Shown in pieces: positions 35,334-45,475 of a stretch of DNA of 64,000 nt (position 1 is the stretch's first letter; the number at the start of each line of letters is the position of its first letter). The stretch is from an uncultured archaeon. Lineage in GTDB: Archaea > Asgardarchaeota > Thorarchaeia > Thorarchaeales > Thorarchaeaceae. The notes under the pieces are model-generated. The model was not told the DNA's origin and did not search any database. It saw nothing but the letters and a program-made list of their open reading frames with translations. Both the position numbers and the translations under genes were made by a program. The DNA is taken from positions 342,299 through 406,298 of the forward strand of contig CAZYLT010000001.1 of the NCBI GenBank assembly GCA_964648855.1, written 5' to 3'.

Positions 35334-37502
35334 CTAGGATAAGGATCGAAGTCGGTTTGCGAGATTCATGATTGCCTTCTTCTCAGGACTGACCAATGCA
35401 ATAGCTACACATGCATATGATGGAGTTGTTGCTGCAGATATTGAAGCACGAGCGTTCATTGACCCCATGAGGATATAGGAAAACGAATCGTCTTGGGGAG
35501 CCCTAATGATATCGAATCCCGCAGTTTTGAGTATAGACACTACACGCTCTAGCAAGGTCTTCGCATCAAGGTGTTTACTAACAATAGCAATGGAGTCTCT
35601 TTCACGAATATCTGAACTGAATAGAAAGTCGTGCGAAGGGGGTGCATACAGAACCTTTCTCATCATGGCCTTCCTGAGAACTGAGGGAGAGAGATTTTTG
35701 AACGTACGAATTGACAATTTCAGCGAGCTCAAATCATAGCCAGGCAGTTCCTTTGTCAGATCGAATGGGCTATCCTCTAGTAGTGCCTTAGATTCTTCTT
35801 CATGGACATGAGAAGGCTGTACATGAGGTGGCTCTTCATCTGTTATAGTGTACTCTTGTAGTCGCTCCTCAAAGAGCCTCTCCACATAATTCTTCATCCA
35901 ATCATCAAGAACTGCCCAATCCTCTTTGCTCAATTTCAGAGGCGGCCGAGGAATATCAGGCAACTCAGGTGCTTCAGCAGATTCTTCTTCAACAGCCATT
36001 TCATCATCTACTTGGTCAGGGGCCAATGCCGCAGCTTGAAAGATTCCAGAGAGACGATCTGCGCCACCATGTTGTGACATTCTAGGACGCACCTGCATGA
36101 TGAAGGCACGTTTATTCTCTGTGCTTTGATCAAATACCAAAGCAACACCTCTCGGTAGGCTGCTGATGAATAACTTGTCCTTGAACTGATTTGGCATAAA
36201 TGCGGGAGCTCTCTGATGCAATGCTCGAATGTCATTGTCGTGGGATAGCGAATGAGAGAGCACGATATCAGCCTGAGAAATTGCTTCATCAGCTACGGCA
36301 GAGGGTTGTTGTGTACAGAGTATCAGACTACATCCGAATCGTCGACCAAGCTTGGCATATCCAACAATAGCATCCTTCGCAGGTGTATTTCCCGTCCGTG
36401 GAACAAGGGTGTGAGCCTCGTCGATAATGAGCCAAGTGGGAGGCAGTTCTTCTCTGGCACTAGTACCTTCCTCAGTCCAAGCCATGCGATAGGTGAGAAC
36501 CTGTCGAGAGAGCATGTTGGTAAGAATTGCAAGCACTGCTTCTGCATTAGCCCCGAGGGGAGCCACATCGATGATTGATATTTGCCCTCCAATAGCGAGG
36601 TCCTGAGCACTTGTCCCTCCAGTGTGAAATACACCGAGTCGATCCGCTCTACGGAGCCTTTGGATAAGTGCGGTCTTAGATGATGTTTGGTATAGCTCAT
36701 CAATTGCCGGATTGTTTTCTATGCAGTTGATCATGTCAGCTATACTGAAATCACGTTTCCGTTTCACTTGCTCGCCCGAGTCAAGAGTGTAACCTTTTCT
36801 CATACTCTCCAAGACGTCCCCAATTAGATTAGTCATTGAGGTACTGAGCTGTCCCCCTCGTTCTAATACGTAGCCCCATTCACTCGCCGTAAGTTCCCTA
36901 GGACTTATTGCAAGAGGCAGTAGTCGAGCTTTCTTTTTCACTTCATCAGGCAAAGACAAGTATGTCTTTCTAGGAATGTATACGGACACAGGGAAACTTC
37001 TTGCCTCTAGCCCCCACTTTTTCAGCAGCTGTTTTTGGTCAGCATTTTCTTCAACCATCTGTCGAAAGACATCGACCGTATCAACGATGACCCCCGCAAC
37101 TTGTATCTCATTCCGTTCCATTGAGAGAGCCAATGCCTCTGCAAAAGTACCAAGGGTATAGCTCTTGCCAGAACCTCTTTTGCCAGCAACAAAGACCACG
37201 TGCGGGCTCATGAGGTCCATGAGCACAGGCACACCAAATAGAGAGGATGAATCATCATCTGCTACCTCTGAAACCGCCCCAATCAACCCCAAGCCCGAAG
37301 AGCCAAACTTTTCATGAAACTTCGCAGAACGTCCAAGAATGACTCCATTATCAAGGTCGAGATGGAGGTCTAAGTCATGACCGACCCTTGGTGTGAAATC
37401 TACATCCGACGGTGAAAGAACTCGCTCTAATTCGAGCGGCTTTTTGTAATCTTCGCCGGCTTCAGCGTTGTCAGGCATATCGCTCGGATGTTCGCTATCC
37501 AT
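35334..37502 (-). CDS. HerA/FtsK-superfamily P-loop ATPase (DUF87/AAA_10-like) with N- and C-terminal extensions
   Basis: Walker A VFVAGKRGSGKSYTLG, Walker B WLIIDEAH, and CTQQPS (sensor/arginine-finger region typical of HerA/VirB4-like ATPases). ~722 aa from the ATG at 37502. The track ATG at 37574 would overlap divergent trmI. Confidence 0.65.
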   Translation of the reverse strand: MDSEHPSDMPDNAEAGEDYKKPLELERVLSPSDVDFTPRVGHDLDLHLDLDNGVILGRSAKFHEKFGSSGLGLIGAVSEVADDDSSSLFGVPVLMDLMSPHVVFVAGKRGSGKSYTLGTFAEALALSMERNEIQVAGVIVDTVDVFRQMVEENADQKQLLKKWGLEARSFPVSVYIPRKTYLSLPDEVKKKARLLPLAISPRELTASEWGYVLERGGQLSTSMTNLIGDVLESMRKGYTLDSGEQVKRKRDFSIADMINCIENNPAIDELYQTSSKTALIQRLRRADRLGVFHTGGTSAQDLAIGGQISIIDVAPLGANAEAVLAILTNMLSRQVLTYRMAWTEEGTSAREELPPTWLIIDEAHTLVPRTGNTPAKDAIVGYAKLGRRFGCSLILCTQQPSAVADEAISQADIVLSHSLSHDNDIRALHQRAPAFMPNQFKDKLFISSLPRGVALVFDQSTENKRAFIMQVRPRMSQHGGADRLSGIFQAAALAPDQVDDEMAVEEESAEAPELPDIPRPPLKLSKEDWAVLDDWMKNYVERLFEERLQEYTITDEEPPHVQPSHVHEEESKALLEDSPFDLTKELPGYDLSSLKLSIRTFKNLSPSVLRKAMMRKVLYAPPSHDFLFSSDIRERDSIAIVSKHLDAKTLLERVVSILKTAGFDIIRAPQDDSFSYILMGSMNARASISAATTPSYACVAIALVSPEKKAIMNLANRLRSLS

Positions 37503-37625
37503 TGTACTCCCTCTATGGCTCGTTTTTTCGTAGCCGAATAAAGGTTTGTAGTGGCAGGCTATAATCTGAATCATATCATCGTACCGTTAGCAAGACTCAA
37601 AACATCCTTTCCCGAATCATCACGT

Positions 37626-38405
37626 ATGCCAACCACAATTGAAGACGGCGACAATGTGTTCATTTTCTTGGATGTAAAAAGAAACTGGATACGAAAGGTG
37701 AAAGCAGGCAGTAAATTTCATTCGAATAAGGGCATAATCGAATACGATGATCTCATCGGGCGTCCATATGGCATCAAGGTGGAGAGTCATTCTGGAACAA
37801 TGTTTCAGATTCACAAACCAAGCCAGAATGATATTCAGATTTCCATGGGGAGAGCAACTCAAATCATCTATCCAAAGGATGCAGCAACGATTGTGAACGA
37901 GGCAGGTATTTGCGCCGGCTCTCGGGTTGTTGAAGCAGGAACAGGATCAGGCTCTCTGACCTGGGTACTCTCAAGAATTGTAGGATCAGAGGGGCAAGTG
38001 TACACGTACGAAGTCAGGGAGGATATGTACAACCAGGCACAGAAGAACCTGAAGCGGTTTGCTGACATGGACTGCATCACGATGTACAACAAAGATGTTC
38101 TAGACGGAATTGAGGAACAAGACGTCGATGCTGTCGTGTTTGATTTAGCGACGCCTTGGTTGGCAGTGAAAGAGGCTCATGCCGCCCTCAAACCCAGTCG
38201 ATTTGTTGTGAGCTACAGCCCAACCATTGAACAAGTCATGAAAACCTGCAAGGAATTAGGAGCAGAGGGAAAGTGGGGAATGGTCAAAACACTAGAGATT
38301 CTTGAGCGCGAAATAATGGTTAGAGAGGGAAAGACACGACCTCCTACTTGGATGGTTGGACATACTGGGTATATCTCCTTTGCACGAAAGCTAGTTGCGT
38401 GTTAG
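37626..38405 (+). CDS. trmI: tRNA (adenine-N1)-methyltransferase, TrmI/Gcd14 family (m1A57/58)
   Basis: SAM-binding VVEAGTGSGSLT, catalytic-region FDLATPW, ~260 aa. Track GTG 37551; ATG at 37626. Confidence 0.8.
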   Translation: MPTTIEDGDNVFIFLDVKRNWIRKVKAGSKFHSNKGIIEYDDLIGRPYGIKVESHSGTMFQIHKPSQNDIQISMGRATQIIYPKDAATIVNEAGICAGSRVVEAGTGSGSLTWVLSRIVGSEGQVYTYEVREDMYNQAQKNLKRFADMDCITMYNKDVLDGIEEQDVDAVVFDLATPWLAVKEAHAALKPSRFVVSYSPTIEQVMKTCKELGAEGKWGMVKTLEILEREIMVREGKTRPPTWMVGHTGYISFARKLVAC

Positions 38406-38852
38406 GATTGTAGCATTATGCAGATCTCATTAATATCCCCAATGAGTGACACTATCAGAGAGTTCGATTTAGACCCCCATTTCTTCGTCTAGATTGACCT
38501 TTTCTGACCGATTGAGTGAACTCAACGTGTCTGAACCTCCTCTTTCATGAGGTTTGTCGCAACACGCTAAACTATCACAGAGGGGTTCGAAAAACGGAGA
38601 AGTTGGTAGAGTTCCACCTGAAGAGGAGACTCGGAGAGATGCATCACAAGGAAAACATTTTGGAAATAATAGGGAACATACTCATCCTGAAACTCGATGA
38701 GTTTTGGCAATACCCCCGCTAATGATGACCCCTTGATTGTCGTGATACCGAAGAGTATCCTAGTAGTACGACGACATGTAGATAAGCAAACCATTAAGAG
38801 GTTATTTCCTGTTGCAACAAGATTATTAGTCAGGCGGCAATGAAGCGGAGGA

Positions 38853-40643
38853 ATGGTTCCGATGATTTCAATATCACCTGAACTGGCAATCGTTTTCATG
38901 ATCCTAGCCGTGACAATCGGAATGTTCATCAAAGGTGACTGGCGGTATGACATCACCGCTCTATTTGCCTTGTTGGCTGTTGCAATCACGGGAATAGTTC
39001 CACTCAATGAGATTTTCTTGGGTTTCGGTCACCCTGCAGTGATAACGGTTGCAGCTGTGTTAGTTATGAGCCGCGGCCTCATTAACTCAGGATTTGTCGA
39101 TTTGATTGCGAAATGGACGTCCCGCGTTGGCGATGGCACAATAGTGCAAATTCTGACACTGTCCGGGCTGGTGATTGTGCTTTCGGCATTCATGAACAAT
39201 GTGGGTGCCCTAGCACTTTTGATGCCCGTAGCGATTCGTATGGCTAAACGAACCGGCAAGTCCCCTTCGCTTCTTCTCATGCCCCTTGCCTTTGGATCCA
39301 TGCTTGGAGGTCTGATAACATTGATTGGCACTCCTCCAAACATTATAATATCAACCTTCAGGGCTCGGAACGGCTCTGCACCATTTCTTATGTTTGACTT
39401 CGCGCCAGTCGGATTGGGAGTGGCAATAGCTGGAGCTCTGTTCCTCTCTCTGGTGGGTTGGCGGTTGGTTCCTTATCGTGAGGGAAAGGCAGATGATTCT
39501 GTTTTCAAAGTTGAAGATTACATCGCTGAAGTCTTTGTACCTGAGGGCTCCAAGATGGATGGAAAACGAATATACCACGTTGAATCCTCAGCGGAGGCTG
39601 ATGTGTCAGTAATAGCTCTTGTCCGAAAGGGTGAACGAATTAGCGCCCCTTCTAGATTGAGGGGATTGAAAGCGGATGATAGCCTGATTGTCAGAGGTGA
39701 GCCTGCGGACCTGAAGCTTCTAATTGATGCCACTGGGCTTCAAGCGGTTGAACCCAAAAAGGACGACGAGAGTCTTCTGGAGTCAGACGAACTAGATGTT
39801 GTGGAAGCCGTTGTAACAACAAATTCGTCTCTAGACGGTAGAACTGCACGAGGACTTCACTTACGCAGTCGCTTCGGGGTAATCCTCCTTGCTGTTTCAC
39901 GTCAGGGTCGGCGTCTGAGAGCTCGAATCGGCGACATCCGATTGCGTACGGGCGACGTATTGCTACTGCAGGGACCCAAAGAGGAATTGCCCGAAACGCT
40001 AACTGAGATCGGTTGCCTGCCGCTAGCTGAGCGCGACATAAGACTTGGAAAAAAGTCTAAGGTTATTCCGGCGGTTGTGATTTTTGGAATCGGACTCGCA
40101 CTCTCCGCCTTGGGTGTTTTGCCGGTCCAAGTTTCTTTTGTGCTTGCTGCTGTAGCCATGGTTGCTGTTGGGCTCGTGTCGCCGGATGAGGCCTACAAGA
40201 GTATCGATTGGTCTGTAATCGTTCTGCTGGGAGCCATGATCGGTGTTGGAAAAGCACTAGAATTTAGCGGTGGTGCTGAGCTGATAGCAAGTGCATTAGT
40301 TGGAATGGGAAGCACGTTCCCGCCCATTGCGTTTCTTGCAATGATATTGGTCGTTACGATGCTTCTATCGGCAGCAATCGACAACATATCCGCAGCAGTT
40401 CTCATAGCTCCCATAGCGATGAACATGGCAGTCGCACTGGGCACGTCATTGGATCCGTTCCTGATGGCCGTTGCTGTTGGCGCGTCAACTCCCTTTCTTA
40501 CCCCTATAGGCCACCAGTCCAGTACCTTGGTAATGGGACCTGGAGGGTATAGGTTTGCAGACTATGCACGTGCCGGTCTACCATTACAGATCCTTGTAAT
40601 CCTCTTGGCAATCCCCTTGATTGCATTCTTTTGGCATTTCTAG
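38853..40643 (+). CDS. Anion/cation permease of the ArsB/NhaD/DASS (SLC13-like) superfamily with two central TrkA-C regulatory domains
   Basis: The N- and C-terminal halves are each ~6 TM helices with re-entrant GS-rich loops (GSMLGG, GTPPN). Between them are two ~70-aa soluble repeats (FKVEDYIAEVFVPEGSKMDGKRI... and ESDELDVVEAVVTTNSSLDGRTAR...) typical of TrkA_C. Confidence 0.75.
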   Translation: MVPMISISPELAIVFMILAVTIGMFIKGDWRYDITALFALLAVAITGIVPLNEIFLGFGHPAVITVAAVLVMSRGLINSGFVDLIAKWTSRVGDGTIVQILTLSGLVIVLSAFMNNVGALALLMPVAIRMAKRTGKSPSLLLMPLAFGSMLGGLITLIGTPPNIIISTFRARNGSAPFLMFDFAPVGLGVAIAGALFLSLVGWRLVPYREGKADDSVFKVEDYIAEVFVPEGSKMDGKRIYHVESSAEADVSVIALVRKGERISAPSRLRGLKADDSLIVRGEPADLKLLIDATGLQAVEPKKDDESLLESDELDVVEAVVTTNSSLDGRTARGLHLRSRFGVILLAVSRQGRRLRARIGDIRLRTGDVLLLQGPKEELPETLTEIGCLPLAERDIRLGKKSKVIPAVVIFGIGLALSALGVLPVQVSFVLAAVAMVAVGLVSPDEAYKSIDWSVIVLLGAMIGVGKALEFSGGAELIASALVGMGSTFPPIAFLAMILVVTMLLSAAIDNISAAVLIAPIAMNMAVALGTSLDPFLMAVAVGASTPFLTPIGHQSSTLVMGPGGYRFADYARAGLPLQILVILLAIPLIAFFWHF

Positions 40644-41126
40644 GTCGATACACTTTTCCCCCTCATCACTACTAGCAGCAAGATTATCGAATCTGGAATT
40701 TTTATTGCCCAAATGAGTTCTGACGTGAAAGGAATTCACAAGAGGTTCAGAAGAGCTAACAGCTAGAACCAAAACGAGTATGATTCCAAGTCCTTTGAAA
40801 TCTGAGATAGGGTGCACCCATGACATTTGATGGTGTAATAATCTGAAATGATCTTGGCACTACCCATTTGGAAAATTGCAGCATGAGCATTCGGTGCACA
40901 GTTTTTTGATATGAGATACGGTAAGCCAGTGCTTCTGAAGGGAATCGAGGATACAATATTCAGCATTGAAGACATATATGCGGCAAGCAATCTAATAGAG
41001 AGAGCCCGCTTGCTATTTAGACTGCCCCCATGACGCAATGGAAATCTCTTCTGATAAGGAAGTACGATAAGCTATTTCTTGGAACAGCCTTGCAAACGTT
41101 TATAACAGTCCGCGAGTCCCCAATGC

Positions 41127-41160
41127 TGTCGATTGTTGTCTATTATTGTCGATTGTTGTC
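41127..41160. repeat. Tandem direct repeat: TGTCGATTGTTGTC, then TATTAT spacer, then TGTCGATTGTTGTC (20-bp period); candidate operator
   Basis: Seen directly. Preceded by TATA-like TTTATAAC at ~41099-41106. It overlaps the 5' end of the small ORF (TTG 41146 / ATG 41173). Confidence 0.5.
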
Positions 41161-41172
41161 GGTGAACTCGGG

Positions 41173-41547
41173 ATGACGTATAGCCATAAGCGCAAGAAAT
41201 GCGCCAAAGAAACTAAGGAAATTCTTGAAAATGTAATCAGAGGCCATAAGGCAAAGTACGCCTTTATCAATGAGGGACAAACTGTAGTTGTTTCAAATCC
41301 CATAGAGAGGGTAGCGAAAGACGCAGGGAAAATCAACGTACTAGAAACAAAACCTGAACATGGTTTGGAGAAAGAAGTGGAGATTGAGGACAAATCAAAA
41401 TCAGAACCCTCTGAAACGGAAGGCATGGAAAACTATCAGCCTAATCGAGAAGTTGGAGACCCCAGATCGGAGATTAAGAAGGTCGTACAACGGGATCGGA
41501 AAAGACGAAACTATGTCAACCTTAGGGATGAATACGAGAGTAAGTAG
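41173..41547 (+). CDS. Small Lys/Glu-rich hypothetical protein
   Basis: 124 aa from the ATG at 41173 (track TTG at 41146). Charged and low-complexity in the C-terminal half, no motifs. Confidence 0.35.
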   Translation: MTYSHKRKKCAKETKEILENVIRGHKAKYAFINEGQTVVVSNPIERVAKDAGKINVLETKPEHGLEKEVEIEDKSKSEPSETEGMENYQPNREVGDPRSEIKKVVQRDRKRRNYVNLRDEYESK

Positions 41548-41556
41548 GTGAGATTG

Positions 41557-41937
41557 ATGGCAAAACCATCAGAAGTGGACGTTCTAAAAGACGAGATAAG
41601 AGAACTGAAAGAAACCGTCAGCACTCTGACCAAGACAGTCAATGAATTGTCTTCAAAGATACGAGTTCCAGAAAAGAGAGATGCAAAGTCAGTTGCACCT
41701 GGGCACTATAGGATTTTCAACGAGGGCGAAAGCGTCATTATGGAAGATGCCAGTTGGAATCGACTGTTGACTCTATTGGAGAATGCACAGAAGGGACTAA
41801 CCACTTCTGAATTGGCCAGGAAGTGGGGTAAGTCCAGGTCTAGGACAAGTGAAGTACTGAACCAGCTTGCTGATGATGGACATCTAGTAAAGTACCGCGA
41901 CGGAAGACGAATGAAATTTAGATCGCTAGATGAATGA
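41557..41937 (+). CDS. Winged-helix transcriptional regulator with N-terminal coiled-coil
   Basis: The N-terminal heptad helix is EVDVLKDEIRELKETVSTLTKTVNELSSKI. The C-terminal wHTH is LTTSELARKWGKSRSRTSEVLNQLADDGHLVKYRDGRRMKFRS. ATG at 41557; the track start is GTG at 41548. Confidence 0.5.
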   Translation: MAKPSEVDVLKDEIRELKETVSTLTKTVNELSSKIRVPEKRDAKSVAPGHYRIFNEGESVIMEDASWNRLLTLLENAQKGLTTSELARKWGKSRSRTSEVLNQLADDGHLVKYRDGRRMKFRSLDE

Positions 41938-42065
41938 TTACTGCTTTTACTGGTGTGATTATCTCACTCTTCTCTATCTTGATGTGTTTTGAGTATAGTC
42001 AGGACTATTCTTAAGTAGAATACAGACAAATGTAGCTTCAGTTAATAGGAACTGAGGTTGTCCCA

Positions 42066-44384
42066 TTGAGCAATACGATTTCAAAAGGGAAGTCAAATAC
42101 GGATTCAAAGGAAATCGAGGTCTATACCAAGCACCTCTTTGAATTGAATAAGACATCCCAAGAAGCCGTCTTTGATTTTGCACTCCACGATATTGATGAC
42201 AAAGAAGGACTCGAAAAGAAACGGATTGCAATGCATGATGCATTTACTGAACTCTACAATGCCACTGCATCCCTCGGTGAAATAATAATGGGTCAGGACT
42301 TTGACATTGCGTACTTGAGAAATAGACTGCTGCAAGCCGAAGGGGAAGCTCGAGAACAGCTTGAAGAGGCCATGAAACAGCTTCAGGAACAAGTCCAAGA
42401 GAGTCTTTCCGAGATTTGGATGGCTAAAGTCATGGCTTGGTTGCATCAAGCCGCTGCTGCAAGTGGACCATTCGTAGAGAAAGAACATGCCGACAAGGTA
42501 GAGAACGCATCTGCAGTTCTTGCTTCGGTCTATACTATGCTCGAAAGACCATTTGTCGCAGTTCCTTCAAAGGTTGATGGAACCCAGAAACTGAGAAGGG
42601 TGGCGCTAGGATACAAGGCCTATAGCCTCCTGGAAGAGTCTGCAAAGAAGAACGAAGATGAGTTGGCAAGTGTCCTGGGAAAGAATAAGGCAGCAGAGGC
42701 AGAATTCTATGACGAGTTTCTCAATGAACTAATACAAGAAGAGAGCACATTCCGGCAGGCATTCAATCCATTTGATGAAATCATATGGAGAGATATCCTC
42801 AGCTCATTCATTTTCGAGCAGGCAACGGACCTCTACAATGAAGCATTGGCAGATTTGAAAAAGGCAAGAAAAGACAACGAATCCATCATCTCAAGGATAA
42901 CATCTTGGAAACATAATACAGCGGGACTTAGCGAAGTCTATCTCGCCATGACCTATGACGACATTGCTGATACTCAGCTGAGAGATGGTAACTTGGAGGA
43001 TGCTGCAAAGCTCTATCAATCATCATCTGATGCTTTTGCACGAGCTGAGAGTGTTTTCAACGAAGTCATAGCTCTGAGAAGAAATGCAGAACAATCCGGA
43101 AAGGACAAAGAACACAGGAAAGCCCAATCCCTCTTTTGTAAAGCCGAAACCTCTCTCAAAGTATTATCTGACCTTCTTGAAGTTGAGAACGTGGATGGAG
43201 CACAAGAAGTGCTGGGAGATATCGATAAGAATCTGAAAAAGGCAGAGAAGCTGGCTGGAACCAGAGAACTCATCTCAGCGATTAAGGAAGACCTCAGAAT
43301 TGTCTCGTATGTTGGGGGTCTCATGAAGAAGGAGGAGAGAAGGGCAAGAAGTATTGCTGAACAGATAGACTTCGCAAAGGACCTTAGAAAGACTGGGCTA
43401 ATACAAGACGTCAATAAATCCCTTGATGATGCAAGTAACCAGCTGGGGAAAGAACCATCTGATGCTCTCGACTCAATTCGTGAAGCACTGAACAGTCTCG
43501 GTATTCTCCTAAATCTTGACTCAGAAGATGAAGAGGTTACATTACTCAGAAATCGAACTCTGGCGTTACTCAACAATGCGAAATATGTAATCCAGTTCCA
43601 ATTGAGCTCACAACTCCAACATGGTGTGAAATTCATTATGTCTCGGATTTTGGAGAACCTTCATGCAGCTGATGCAGCAAAGTACTACAAGATACTAGGA
43701 AATGACGAGACCGCCAAAGAACTAACTGATTTGGGTAAGCTCGCTGTTGCAACAGCTTATGCCTCGGAGGCGCAAGTATTTGCACGGCAATCCGAGCAAT
43801 GGGCATTTCGGTCACAGATTGAGAGAGGAAATATGATTCAGAATATCGATGACGCTCTACTGGAATTGGATGATAGCAATGTAATTGAGAAGGGAGTCGA
43901 TGTTCATAATGAGGCAATTCTAAGAATAAGGCATGCCATTGCTTCATTCGATGCAGCCTCAGAAGCACTAGACAGCGTACAAGGAAAAGTAATCCGCAAG
44001 AAGAATAGCGTGGATGCCCAAGTGAAGCAATTGAAAGCAGTTGTGATGAAGTTTCAAGGCGATCTATCTCGACTACAAGGTGCTAGGAGCGATTTCATTG
44101 CTGAGTTTATGTCCAGGCAGGGTGAGAATACCAAGGCGCAAAGACATTATGATGATGCTAAGGACATGCTCAGAGAAGCGGTTGGCAATTATACCGTAGC
44201 AGCACAAGTGTTTCAAGAAGTAGGAGATGCACAGTCGGCGCAGAGTGTTGATAGACGGGCAAAAACAGCAGATTTGCTAGCACGAGGTATGTGGGACAAT
44301 AGACAACGTCTGAGTCGCGACCAAGACCCCCAGTACAAGAGCGATCAAGAGCTTGCAGCGCTCTACCTTGGTGGAACTGGCTAA
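42066..44384 (+). CDS. Large (772 aa) all-alpha coiled-coil / TPR-like repeat protein of unknown function
   Basis: Continuous helical heptad-like sequence, rich in E/K/A/L/Q, with no TM helix and no enzymatic motif. TTG start with a GAGGT SD 13 nt upstream. Confidence 0.55.
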   Translation: MSNTISKGKSNTDSKEIEVYTKHLFELNKTSQEAVFDFALHDIDDKEGLEKKRIAMHDAFTELYNATASLGEIIMGQDFDIAYLRNRLLQAEGEAREQLEEAMKQLQEQVQESLSEIWMAKVMAWLHQAAAASGPFVEKEHADKVENASAVLASVYTMLERPFVAVPSKVDGTQKLRRVALGYKAYSLLEESAKKNEDELASVLGKNKAAEAEFYDEFLNELIQEESTFRQAFNPFDEIIWRDILSSFIFEQATDLYNEALADLKKARKDNESIISRITSWKHNTAGLSEVYLAMTYDDIADTQLRDGNLEDAAKLYQSSSDAFARAESVFNEVIALRRNAEQSGKDKEHRKAQSLFCKAETSLKVLSDLLEVENVDGAQEVLGDIDKNLKKAEKLAGTRELISAIKEDLRIVSYVGGLMKKEERRARSIAEQIDFAKDLRKTGLIQDVNKSLDDASNQLGKEPSDALDSIREALNSLGILLNLDSEDEEVTLLRNRTLALLNNAKYVIQFQLSSQLQHGVKFIMSRILENLHAADAAKYYKILGNDETAKELTDLGKLAVATAYASEAQVFARQSEQWAFRSQIERGNMIQNIDDALLELDDSNVIEKGVDVHNEAILRIRHAIASFDAASEALDSVQGKVIRKKNSVDAQVKQLKAVVMKFQGDLSRLQGARSDFIAEFMSRQGENTKAQRHYDDAKDMLREAVGNYTVAAQVFQEVGDAQSAQSVDRRAKTADLLARGMWDNRQRLSRDQDPQYKSDQELAALYLGGTG

Positions 44385-44467
44385 CCAACAAATTAGATGT
44401 CAGGTCAATTCGTTGGATTCGATGGTAGACTCACATCCAGTTTGGGGGAAGCATATAGACAAAATCA

Positions 44468-44782
44468 CTAACTTTTCCTGGTAGGCCCTTTGACAAATAC
44501 ATAATTGTTTCTGCAAGAATGTTGAGAGAGAAGAATTGCAAGGATTTCTGGTGTGGGAGCCCTCTGACCAGATATTTCGATCACAGTACCATAGTACGTT
44601 TGCTTGAGTGTCTTCATGGAATCATCATATGAATTGGATTGCATGATAGATTCATAGTCTTTGACGATTAGGACACGGGATAGACTGCCCCAGATTCGGG
44701 TATTGATGTTCCCATACTCTGCCGCACCGTCGTAGATGTTCAATCGGTTCCAGCCTCTGACTATGATGACCTGCGGCTGCAT
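44468..44782 (-). CDS. Hypothetical small protein (104 aa)
   Basis: ORF only. It sits in a ~490-bp gap between two plus-strand genes and has no motifs. Confidence 0.25.
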   Translation of the reverse strand: MQPQVIIVRGWNRLNIYDGAAEYGNINTRIWGSLSRVLIVKDYESIMQSNSYDDSMKTLKQTYYGTVIEISGQRAPTPEILAILLSQHSCRNNYVFVKGPTRKS

Positions 44783-44872
44783 TAGTTGTCAGTTGATATA
44801 CTCTTCATGACTTGACGGTCTAATAGATAGAGGATAAGAGAATTATCAACATTCAAATAGTAGGGGATAACA

Positions 44873-45475
44873 TTGTTTTCTAGGTTTGGTGAGATGAACG
44901 AGAAAGAAATCCAGTCCAATGAAGAACGTTTGTTTGATATCGGAGCACTGTTTCGGAGTTCGGCAATAATCACTCTTGTCGTCCAGATAGTGTCTGTCAT
45001 TGTCATGCTAGGTTCGATTTCCGCATTTTATCTAGACGAGTTCATTCCCGGGCTGAGCGAAGATATCCGAGTTCTTCTGCTTTTGGTTGGCAGTATCATC
45101 ACACTGATGATTTTCCTTATTGCTTTCAGTTTCTTCTGGCGCTTTTCTAGAAGAATCAGTAACGCTGTGATTGGGCCGGGAGTAGAAGTAGTTGATGTTG
45201 ATAAGCCACGAGTCAAAAGTGTAGTGTACACATATGGTCTAATGGTTGGTTTGGTCGGAATTACAGGCATATACCTGTGGTACCTAATCCATAAGTACTA
45301 CTTGGCACCCTGGGCCGCATCTTATGACTCTATATCGCTATTGGTATTTAGTCTGGCTTTGGGAGCATTCTTCATTGCACTTCTCATTCAGATTATTATA
45401 GCAATAGTAGGTCGCACTGCCTCAAGAATAATCTTCGAGGTCCTCGATTCGGATGACTCTGAGTTCCTAGAGTAG
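44873..45475 (+). CDS. Membrane protein of unknown function (4-5 TM helices)
   Basis: Hydrophobic segments (IITLVVQIVSVIVMLGSI, VLLLLVGSIITLMIFLIAFSFFW, etc.). No motifs. Confidence 0.4.
   Translation: MFSRFGEMNEKEIQSNEERLFDIGALFRSSAIITLVVQIVSVIVMLGSISAFYLDEFIPGLSEDIRVLLLLVGSIITLMIFLIAFSFFWRFSRRISNAVIGPGVEVVDVDKPRVKSVVYTYGLMVGLVGITGIYLWYLIHKYYLAPWAASYDSISLLVFSLALGAFFIALLIQIIIAIVGRTASRIIFEVLDSDDSEFLE

Noticed and set aside
43016-43968. 206-aa and 110-aa minus-strand ORFs inside the 772-aa coiled-coil gene
   Set aside because: They are Ser/Leu-rich low-complexity, antisense to a long, consistently helical ORF, and have no start context.
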